A DNA stretch of 64,000 nucleotides. It comes from Eledone cirrhosa. Taxonomy: Eukaryota. The first letter of the stretch is position 1; every line of letters starts with the position of its first letter. The notes beneath the pieces are model-generated. The model had not been told where the DNA came from and made no database searches. It saw nothing but the letters and a program-made list of their open reading frames with translations. Positions 52,398-62,619 of this stretch are shown here, one piece after another. The position numbers and the translations under genes were made by a program. The stretch lies in assembly GCA_964016885.1 (NCBI GenBank), contig OZ024740.1:253456001-253520000 (forward strand), written 5' to 3'.

Positions 52398-52525
52398 CTT
52401 ATAAATGTTTCGAATGAGATACAACCTCCAATTATTCGAAATGTTGGTAAAATTTTTTCTTATAGTCATCTCAATCTATAAATTTAGATATATGTCTAGA
52501 AAGCCATAATTCATTCTCCTCAGAG
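52398..52525 (-). ncRNA. Hammerhead-like ribozyme with ~93-nt stem II loop
   Basis: CT-CTGAGGA-GAATGA...TCATTC-GAAA-CATTT(A/G)-TA-AG. CUGANGA/GAAA core intact in the left arm; the right arm supplies the stem III G. Confidence 0.65.
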
Positions 52526-53244
52526 AAAAAAATAGTCTGTGGTGAATTTCGTCACTGAAATATTGAGATTACCTTTAGCTGAGATGTTATATATTAATCA
52601 TGCATCTTAAGTACCGAGTTTGTTTCAATAAAAATCAAAGTTAATGAATGTGTTATTGTATGTAGGTCCTCGAATGCTAGTGTATCTATGTCTCCACACA
52701 TTATGGCTATATGGGTGTGTGAATATGCATGTGTGAATGCATTTAGGAGGACAATAACATGTCAACATGACTATGTGATTTTCTGGGTGTATCTTGTGGT
52801 ATCATGGAAACTAAGCTTATAATTTTGATTAAACTAGTTTTGAATACATTCATATTTCTCTCTACAAATAGCATTTAGATAAGGGGATCCCTTATCTAAA
52901 TGCTATTTGTAGAGAGAAATATGAATGTATTCAAAACTAGTTTAATCAAAATTCTAAGCTTAGTTTCCATGCCTTCACTAGAAGTAAGATTAGATGATTT
53001 TTTTTAAATATATATATCTATCTAAAACTAAAATGTCAACATATGAGCAACGGGAAAGATACAAACCCAGAAAAAAAAATTATGTCAAAACAAACTCTGT
53101 ACTCAAGATACATCTCAGCTAGAGGTAATCTCGATATTTCATAGACAAAATTCACCACAGACTATTTTTTTCTCAGAGGAGAATGAATTATGACCTTATA
53201 GACATATATCTAAATTGGACATATATCTAATATGGACATGACTA

Positions 53245-55648
53245 TGAGGGGACTTTAAAAAAGGTTATGGAAAAAGTATATAGCTAAAGATCATATACAG
53301 GGATTTTGATTTCAATGAACCTGTACGTTCTCGTAATGACGTATCATAACATGTTCTAGCATGAACCCTTAAATGCATGTTGCAACATGGCGGCTCCAGT
53401 CAGAAGTCATCACCCACTCAAGCAACATGGCGGCTCCAGTCAGAAGTCATCACCCACTCAAGCAACATGTCCTCCCTCAAAATGGAGGCCAAACATCAAA
53501 TTCATGGTGAAACTACGATGGAAGTTCAGCTCTGGAGCAAATTTATGGGGATAATGCCCCAAAGAAATCAACAACCGACAAATGGTTAAGTCATTTTAGA
53601 AATAGAAAAGATGAGGTTGAAAATGATCCCTGCAGTGGTTGGCAATCCATGTCAGTCTGTGTGGAAAAAATTGATGCTGTTCGCGACCTAATTGAAAAGG
53701 ATAGGCGAATAACTGTTGAATCAGTAGCCAACAGACTCAACATCTCTGTGGGTTCTGCACACACAATTCTGGTGGAGAGTTTGGGGTTGAGCAAACTTAT
53801 TGCTCAATGGATCCCAAAGCTGTTGTGTCCTGATCAGCAACAAACAAGGGCAGATATTTTGATGGAAATTTTGAACAAGTGGGATGAAGACCCTGAAGCT
53901 TTTCTGTAGAGAATTGTTACCAGAGATAAAATGTGGCTCTCCCAGTACAATCCTGAGGACAAAACTCAATCAAAGCAGTGGCTGCCCAGGAGTAGGCAAA
54001 ATGGGAGTGTTCAAGAGGGAAGGTTATGGCCACTCTCTTCTGGGATACAGAGGGGATTTTGCTTGTTGACTTCCTCAAGAACAAGAGAACAATTACAGGT
54101 GCATATTATGAAGGCGTTTTGAGAAAACTGGTCAAGAAAATCACAGAAAAACGCCCGGGGAAGCTGCATTGGCACATCCTCTTCCACCTTGACAATGTGC
54201 CTGCTCATGGCGCTCAACAGACATGAACTGTGTTACGTGAATTTCAATGGGAAATCATCCAACACCCACCTTACAGTCCCGATTTAGCCCCATCCGACTT
54301 CTTTTTGTTACCAATCATGAAAAAAAAGTTATTGAAAAGTACCCATTTTCCATCAGTTGAAGATGTAAAAAAAGCTGCTTTGACATGATATAAATCGCAT
54401 GGCCATCAGTTTTACAGAGATGGATTTAAAGGCTGGTATCAACACTTGCAGATCTGTATTAACATAGATAGAACATCATCATCATCATCGTTTAACATCC
54501 ATCTTCTACGTTAGCATGGGCTAGATGGGAATTGTCCCACTTGAGGCAAGATTGATCGGGTGACTATGTCTCGCTGGTATAGGACTATCTGGCAGGTTTT
54601 CTATGGCTGGATGCCCTTCCTAACACCAACCACATTTACAGTGTGGACTAGGAGCCTTTCTTCCATATTACCTACACGACCACATTACAGCGTGGACTGT
54701 GTGTGTTTTTATCGTGACACCTACACAACTCTTTAGTTTGGACTGGATGTTCTGTGGTACCAACATAACTATACAGAGAAAGGGTGGTGTTGGTGGGAGT
54801 GGGAGGATGGAGTAGGGGTAGTGGGTTAAGGTGTATATTTGGTTAAGAGGTGCCTACTAACTGTAGGTTAACTTTGTACGTAGGGAAGGCGAGTCTTCTG
54901 TATTACAGCAAAGCGCCAAAGGTCTCAATCCAGTGAAATTGCTTTAGAGAGGTGCAAGTGTGCAAGGTTGGATTTTATCATGTCGTCCCAGGTTTTTCTG
55001 GGTCTACCTACTTTGTAGCTTCCATCAATTTTGATCGCCCTGCACTTTTTTATACAGCTATCGTTTGTCATGCGCATCATATGACCATACCAACGTGCCC
55101 TATTTTTTTTCTACATACTGGAACTTTAGTCTTAGACAAGTTAACTTTAAGGCCTTTTGATTCTAGGCCATGCTTCCATGTTTGAATTTCTTCTCTAGTT
55201 CAGCCATAGAAAACTCCTCTGTTATAGACTGAAGGGCAATAATAAACAGGAGGGGGATAAGGACGGAGCCTTGATGAACACCTACTTTTACGCTAAATTC
55301 TTCACTATATTCATTGTTAATTCTAACCTTGCTGACTGTTTCTGTATATATGGTTTGTATAGCTCTCACAAGTCATTCATCTACTTCTAGTTTTCTAAGA
55401 GCCCACCAGATAATGGAGCGGGGGACTCTGTCAAAGGCTTTCTCCAAGTCAACAAAAGCTAAGTAGAAGGGTTTACTTTTAGCTAGGTACTTCTCCTGTA
55501 GTTGCCGTACAAAGAAAAGAGCATCCGTAGTGCTATTACCTGGCAAAAACCCAAACTGCATTTCATCTATATGTTGAAAAATAAACATCATTACTAAAAT
55601 CGTTTTTTCCAACTGTCCTTTCTCCACAATCTTTTTGAAGCATCCTCG
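53245..55648 (+). mobile_element. Mariner (DD34D-type) transposon, degenerate, with RTE insertion
   Basis: TIRs TGAGGGGACTTTAAAAAAGG / CTTTTTGAAGCATCCTCG at a TA site. Motifs WIPKLL, MATLFWD..GILLVDFL, HLDNVPAH, HPPYSPDLAPSDF. Confidence 0.9.
54474..55570 (-). mobile_element. Internally deleted RTE fragment inside mariner
   Basis: QFGF...DLEKAFDRVP, GVHQGSVL, 3' UTR and (CAT)n. Confidence 0.9.
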
Positions 55649-55811
55649 AATAAGAAAATAAATTTACCAACATTTCAAATAATTGGAGGTCATATCTCAT
55701 TCAAAACATTTGTAATCCCTAAGAAATGTTTCGAATGAGATACGGTTTTTTTATGAAAGAAATATAATCTTTCCATTAATATACTTGCATATATTCATAT
55801 ATATATATATT

Positions 55812-57300
55812 GACTCAACACAAACTTACAATTTACAATGGATTACAGCCATGAACAACTCCCTTTCCTCGACATCCTCATCAAGAAAACAAACAACAAA
55901 ATAGAAACAGACATATACTACAAACCCACAGCAGACTCCAAACAATATCTTCCATTTAACTCATGCCACCCTCGCCATACCAAAATGGCAATTCCTTATA
56001 ACCTCACCAGAAGGATCTGCACAACAGTTTCAGATAAATACACATGCTACACACGACTAGAAGAATTAAAGAACACACTTATCAGCAGAAACTACTCACC
56101 ATCCCTAATCAACAATGGATTCCAACGTGCCCTAAAACTCAACATCCAGGAACTCAGACACCCCAAACCCAGGAATGAACCGCAACAGAAAACTCAAAAC
56201 AAAAGACAACCCAAATCCATAAAAAACATCCTCACACAAGTCAAAATCCAACCAACCCTCACAATGTAAAATAATGTACAGTAAAATAATGCGGAAGGCC
56301 CAACTGTGGTATATGCATAAATCTAATAGAAGGTTCAATATTCATTTTAAACAAGGACAACATTTCACAGTTAAATACAACTGAGCATCTGAAAACCTAA
56401 TCTATGTTTTGACCTGCTCAGGTTGTCAAGATCACTACATAGGACAGACAAAAAACAGCCGCCGACAACGTATGACCATCCATAGATCACAAATAAAATA
56501 CAGGAATACAGAAAGATTGCTTTTAGTGAACATATCGCCAATTGTACACCTAACCAACATCCAAACTTTAAAATTTTCCCCATTTACAAATTCATAGACA
56601 ACGCTTCTTTCATCCATCGTACCAATAAGGAAATGTACTTCATTAACAAATTCCAACCTCTACTTAATGGACTAAACTTCAAACTAAACTAAAACTGGAA
56701 CGAACAATGAACCAAAGCCCAATTCTTGTTCTCTAAAGAGTTACCTCCCTCCCCTCACACCCTACCTAATCCTTTTTCTTATATAAATGAATTACCCCCC
56801 TCTCATTTGTCTCTCCCCTACATGACCACCCTGAATTACTTCCCCCTGCATATTAACTCTCTAAAAAGGGAAATCATATCAAACCCCAGACTACCATTTG
56901 CTTCCATTATGGACCAACCAAGCGCTCTTACCATAATAACACATTTTGAACTGCTTATCCTCAAGAACTATGCCTGTAAATAATATTATTCTTTCTTTCC
57001 CATTACCTTATCATGTTCCACATCACCCCTTTTTTTTCTTTTTTCTTTTTACTTCAAAAACCTTGTTTGTAAATAATATTATTCTTTCTTTCCCATTTCC
57101 TTAACATGTTCAACATCACATTATTTTCTCTCCAACATTTTATACCAATACAAATTCCCCCCTTTGATAATGCATAAAATGCTGAAACCGGTAATAGACA
57201 ATTATTAAATATATAAATAAATAAATAAATGCCATTGTTAATTAATAAATAAATTAACTAATACTTTAACACTTCACACAAAGTAAAATATTTTGTTTTA
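55812..57300 (+). mobile_element. 5'-truncated Penelope-like element (RT C-terminus, GIY-YIG, pLTR)
   Basis: LPFLDILI...ETDIYYKPT.DSKQYLPFNSCHP.H.K.AIPYNL.RRI and NLIYVLTCSGC..HYIGQTKN..RQRM..HR. Hammerhead remnant TTGATAA-T-GCAT(aaa)ATGC-T-GAAA-CCGG-TA at ~57163-57194. Confidence 0.88.
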
Positions 57301-57538
57301 AACATTTTCTAACCCAGAAAAAAGAGAAAAAAAATATATATATATTTTTTCTTCCTAATAATCGTCTTTGACTCCCTATTTTCATATATATATATATATA
57401 TATCAAGTAAGTATGTTTTGAAACAGCGAGCAAGTTTGAAATTAGAAAATAGAAGCTTTCACCGTATTTTTTTACTATAGAAATTTTAGCCTGATCGTGG
57501 GGTTTAGAAGCCTCAAAGAAATGGAAAAAGATGAGTAT

Positions 57539-57609
57539 TGGCGTACATGGGAGTCGAACCCATACCTTTGGTTATCCAAACCACTGTGTTACCATTACAC
57601 CAACACATC
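57539..57609 (-). pseudogene. tRNA-like sequence (SINE head or tRNA pseudogene); inverted partial copy at 57767-57816
   Basis: A-box TGGTGTAATGG, D-stem GTGT/ACAC, T-arm ATGGG-TTCGACT-CCCAT, degenerate acceptor stem. Confidence 0.65.
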
Positions 57610-58099
57610 ACCCATCTCCTTCCATTCAAATTAGAAGCTACATTCTTAGCAAGTATGATGACAAGTAAGTATGTTTTGAAACAGCGAGCAAGTTTGAAAT
57701 TAGAAAATAGAAGCTTTCACCGTAGCTTTCAAATGTAGCTTCTAATTTGAATGGAAGGAGATGGGTGATGTGTTGGTGTAATGGTAGCACAGTGGTCTGG
57801 ATAACCAAAGATGTGGGCCATTTCCCTGACGGAATCAGAGTTTTGTCCTCTTTTCTACTCATCAACTTTTGTCTTAGTTAGTATACATATATGGACTTTT
57901 GTGAATATGGAAGCATTTATCTGCGATATATCAACTCTCTCACATAATTGTGTCAACATCTGATAATGTCACACTGGTGCCTGTTGCTGTTGTAATGATC
58001 GCATAACAGCTACACACTGGAGGCACTAAAATACGTATTATCCAATAAATACAATTATGTAACATCTGGTCTTAACATTTATTTTATATATATGTATAT

Positions 58100-58455
58100 A
58101 TATATATGTATATATATATCATCATCATCACCGTTTTACATCCGTTCTTCCACGCTAGCATGGGTTAGACGGGTTGTCCTGTTGTGGGCAGTGTCTGGTC
58201 AGCTGACCATGCCTTTCTCATACAGGAACTGATTTGGCTTGATTTCTACAGCTGGATGCCCTTCCTAACACCAACCTCATTTACAGTGTGGGCTGGGTGC
58301 TTTTTTGCCATGGCACCTCCACGACCACCTTGTAGTGGGAGGGTGTAGGGCATATTGTCTATATGCTTCAGCTTGTACCCATGGGAGGTCGGGTACTCTG
58401 TATTACTGCGTGACGCCAGAGGTCACGGCCGTGTGTCATCGCCTTTGAGAGGTGT
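58100..58455 (-). mobile_element. Young RTE 3' fragment
   Basis: Close to the reverse complement of 26680-27060. Confidence 0.9.
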
Positions 58456-58697
58456 ATATATACATATATATACATATATACAGAGATACTCTAATGTATG
58501 AAATTATATTTCCAGGAGGTAGCTGATGAGTTAAAAAGATCCTTTTGTTTATTTGTCCTCCATTCCATTTTTCTGTGTAGTCAGAGCAAGAAGTGTCAAG
58601 AACTAGATTCATCAGCTTACAAAACTGTAAGTTGAAATTATTTTATTTGGAAGAATGTGGTGTGTGTGTGTGGGGGGGGGGGGGGGGGGCATCGTTT

Positions 58698-59150
58698 GCT
58701 AAATACCCAGGTACACATTGTAGAGTTATACTAAATACCCAGGTACACATTGGAGAGTTAGTCGCTAGTCTAAGGTGCTACATATCCCAGATATACATTG
58801 TAGGACTGACTAGGGTACTAAACACCAAGGCACAGATTGTATGGCTAGACTGGGGTACTAAATACCCAGGTACACATTGTAGAGCTAGATTAGGGTATTA
58901 AATACCCAGAATCAGATTGTAGGGCTAGACTGAGTATTAAATACCCATGTACACATTGTAGGACTAGCCTAGCATGCTAAATACCAAGGTATACGTAGTA
59001 GAGCTAGACTAGGGTACTAAATACCCAGATACACATTGTAGGTCTAGGCTAGGGTGCTAAATACCCAGGAACACATTGTGGGACTAGTCTAGGTGCTAAA
59101 TACCAAGGTACACATTGTAGAGCTAGTCTAGGGTGCTAAATACCCATGTG
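58698..59150. repeat. ~40-bp minisatellite, ~11 units
   Basis: CTAAATACCCAGGTACACATTGTAGAGCTAGACTAGGGTA-like units. Confidence 0.9.
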
Positions 59151-59263
59151 TCAGCTCTGCCCTCAGAGAACCCTTTTGTTTTTTGTCAGCAGAGGTAAAA
59201 GAGTTTTAAAACATTCAAACTTAAAAATATTGGCAAAAAAGAAAATTCAAAGTTATCCAACTA

Positions 59264-59407
<144 letters not shown>

Positions 59408-59934
59408 CTATCTCCTAGCTAAGAGTCAAGAGACTTCACTTCCACCACCACCGTCTAACATCTCTTTTCTATGCTTTAAAGGGTTGTCTGGCACTAGACA
59501 AGTCAGGCGACCACGTCTTGCTCATATATTCCTTTTTGCCATGGTTTCTATTGTTAGATGTTCTTCCTAATGCCAACCAAAGGATGCATTTTATCATGGC
59601 ACCAACACTACCACTTTACAGAGTGTACTGGGTGATTTTTTATTGAGGCACCAGTACTACTTCTTTACAGCATGTACTGGCTGATTTTTATCACTACTAC
59701 TGTGCATCTGGTTTAGAATAGTTACACCATATTCCTGCAACTCATAAGAAGTGGCTAAAGAGTTGGTATCAGGAGGGACATCCAGCTATAAAACACTGCC
59801 TCAAAAAGTTCTGTCTAACCCATACCAACAAGAAAAAGTCAATGTAAAAATGATTACTATGGTATGTATATAAATATGTGCATTAGAATGTAACTCTGCC
59901 CCCATAACCCTCTCAGGAATAAGTGGGCAAAGAA

Positions 59935-60254
59935 GAAGAAAAGAGAATTAATTCAGAGCACCATATGTTATAGATACTGATAAAATATCAATAGAAGTTT
60001 GTTCAATGTGGAAAATTCTAATGTTAAATGGATAAACTCTACCCACAGTTTAGTTGTATATATATTTAGCCACTCAATCATCATCATCATTTTACGATGA
60101 TGATGATGATTGAGTGGATAAATATATATACACAACTAAATTGTGGGTAGAGTTTATCCATTTAACATTAGAATTTTCCACATTGAACAAATTTCTATTG
60201 ATATTTTATCAGTATCTATAACATATGGTGCTCTGAATTAATTCTCTTTTCTTC
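59935..60254. repeat. ~320-bp palindrome centred on an RTE tail stub
   Basis: Arms are reverse complements with few mismatches; centre CATCATCATCATTTTACG-ATGATGATGATG. Confidence 0.92.
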
Positions 60255-60649
60255 AATCAACATTAATATTTTGACAGAAATCACCTTCATCAGTCATTAT
60301 TAATGTTTGTTTTAGACATAGCTGGCACATGTTTGTTTTAGACATAGCTGGCACAGTCATGATAATGTCAAATTTGAAGGGTCAGCCTTGTCCCAAACAG
60401 TGTCATGCTGAATTTTCCCGAGGATTACATTAAGAGTACATGTGTCAGTAGAATGCTCAGCCCCTTGCAAATTAATTTCACAAGCAGGAGTTTCCATTGT
60501 TCAAATAACTGGAACACTCCTCATTAGAACTGACAGAGAACCAACACATCTACTTATTAAGAAAAAAAATGTTTGTACCAAAATGTCTTTCTGTTTTTAA
60601 TAAAAAGAAGAAAATTAATTAGTGGAGCTTATGAAAATTTGATACTAAC

Positions 60650-60734
60650 CCAATTTCATTGAGGTATGAGTACAATTCAAGTGGCTCTGTCTTGACTGTT
60701 TTATCTTGGAGATTCTTCACAGAGACAGGAAGTC
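60650..60734 (-). CDS. ASS1: Argininosuccinate synthase coding exon
   Basis: (G)LPVSVKNLQDKTVKTEPLELYSYLNEI(G). Acceptor ttttag, donor gttagt, 85 nt, phase 1/2. Confidence 0.93.
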
Positions 60735-61282
60735 CTAAAAAATAATTATCAAAATATCATTAACAAACAAGATCATTAAACATGGTTTGAATGCAACAGG
60801 TTTCCTATTGTAGTTGGTGCTGGTAGGATTAGGACAAGGGACAGTAAATGGCCAGATGGCAAAATACCAAATGGTAAAAGGTCAGACAACATCACAGTTT
60901 GAGGTGGTAAGGTCATACATTCATACTATATCTAGTTTTATATACCTACTGTAATGGCTGGATGCCCTTCCAATCACTAACCACTTGTATTAGGTGCATT
61001 CATCATGTAGATTACCAACACTAGAGAGGCTGTTGTACCATGACACAACTAAAGGGTCCTTTCATTCTTTTTTAGGCATGGTTTCTACAGCAGGGTGCCC
61101 TTCCTGTCACCAACACTTTACAGGGTGTACTGGGTGCATTTACGTGGCACCAACGCTAGGGAGGTTGTTGGTCATTGTTCCAATAGAAGAGCCTCCACTG
61201 CTCTGTGAGGGAAGGAGCAATCGAGTTGTCTGTCTAACTTTTCTCGCTGGAGGTAAACATGTAGCAAAAAAGTAAAACTTGC

Positions 61283-61404
61283 CTTTTTTGAAAGAAATCT
61301 CAAAACGTTCTGCTTTGTCTGGAGCATTTTCTGGATCAGTTGTCATATTGTATATTCCCTTTGGTGCTTCAGTCTTGGGGTTTTCAAGAATTCCACTTTC
61401 ATAA
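61283..61404 (-). CDS. ASS1: Argininosuccinate synthase coding exon (first exon in window; upstream exons lie outside)
   Basis: Encodes (S)YESGILENPKTEAPKGIYNMTTDPENAPDKAERFEISFKK(G), matching ASS1 SYEAGILENPK...FKKG. Acceptor ttttcacag, donor gcaagt, 122 nt, phase 2/1. Confidence 0.95.
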
Positions 61405-62619
61405 CTGTGAAAAAAAAAGGCATATTTAATCCCTGTCATACCTGTTCACCTGAAACCAAACATGATTTTACAAATACAAAAAATAATTGAAATAAAAAAT
61501 TTAATTTACAGCTCACACATATGAAGGTTTAGCTAGGTTGCATCTCATAAGAGGTTCTCAGACGTATTAATTGAAAAGCAACTTGAAATGTTTTGCTCAG
61601 GAACACAACTTTTCTTAAGTCATGTTACAAACACTAGTTTAATAATGTAAAAGTTAGTTATACTATTATTACTAAATGCTTCCAAACTTTTGATTATTTT
61701 TTAAATTATTTGAAATTCATAGGCAGTATGTTTCATTAGAAATATAGTAATGAATGGGTTAAATACTTCTGGTTTGCATGAGTGATGTATCTTAGCAACT
61801 GAGATAGGGTTGCAAGTAACATATATTTAGATGGTAGTATACAATAAGTACCAGTCTAGTACCGGGGTTGGTTTTTTTCCTCTATATCTGTCTTACTTCC
61901 ATACTCTCACTCTCTATTTTGCCAGGTTTAAAAAATGCCCTAGAAATGCCATATCTCAATACAGCATCCCTATGACTCCCTTAGGAGCTATGGTACCATA
62001 CATACATGCATACAATAAGTACCAGACCAGTAATGAGGTTCAATTCATCCTCTATACCAGTTCTCCCTTTCTTACTCACTCACTGGAAGAAATCAATTGA
62101 AATCATACCTAGAGAAGCATGGTCTCTATCAGATTTTAAATGCCCAAAATATGCCACATGTTTCAACAGTACCTCTACTACTTCATCGGAAATTAAAGGT
62201 TCATAGACGAATGGATGGTTACAATATTTATAAGCAAATGCTTGCAGTCTATGAAAAGATTCAACAAAAACATTTAGCTGCTTTATAGTTGTTCTTATTT
62301 TTCACTCTTTTCTTATTTTTATTTCTTTTGCTTCCTGTTTTCCTTGTTTCTTTTCCCTTAGTCTCTTTCTTATTTTGTTTCTTAAATTGAAAAGTTTATT
62401 AAATAGTTCTAAATTATTATTATTATATAAAAACTGAACTGGAAAAGTCAACAGTTGACATAATTTTGTATCAGTACTGATGGTAATATATGTATGTGTG
62501 TGTGTGTTTGTATGCATGAGTGTTTGTGTGTGAGTGGCATGTGTGTTTGTATGCATGAGTGTTGGGGTGTGAATGTGTGTGTGCTGTGAGTGTCAATAAA
62601 TGGTGTTTTTTATTTTTGT

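Larger units (their letters stand above)
52350..55790. repeat. Long palindrome (core hairpin 52803-52971) with right arm split by a mariner
   Basis: 52470-52630 mirrors 53088-53244, and 52350-52470 mirrors 55650-55790. Near-perfect core centred on GGGGATCCC. Confidence 0.88.

Noticed and set aside
57539-57609. Functional tRNA gene
   Set aside because: Mismatched acceptor and anticodon stems, anticodon inconsistent with the variable arm, and embedded in a repeat.
58698-59150. CRISPR-like array
   Set aside because: Units are contiguous with no unique spacers, the context is eukaryotic, and there are no cas genes.
61140-61439. 99-aa ORF as a standalone gene
   Set aside because: Only 61283-61404 is an ASS1 exon; the rest is intron read-through.
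62302-62556. HT/YI-repeat peptides from short ORFs (also 9147-9694, 47994-48266)
   Set aside because: Translations of (CA)n/(TA)n microsatellites.
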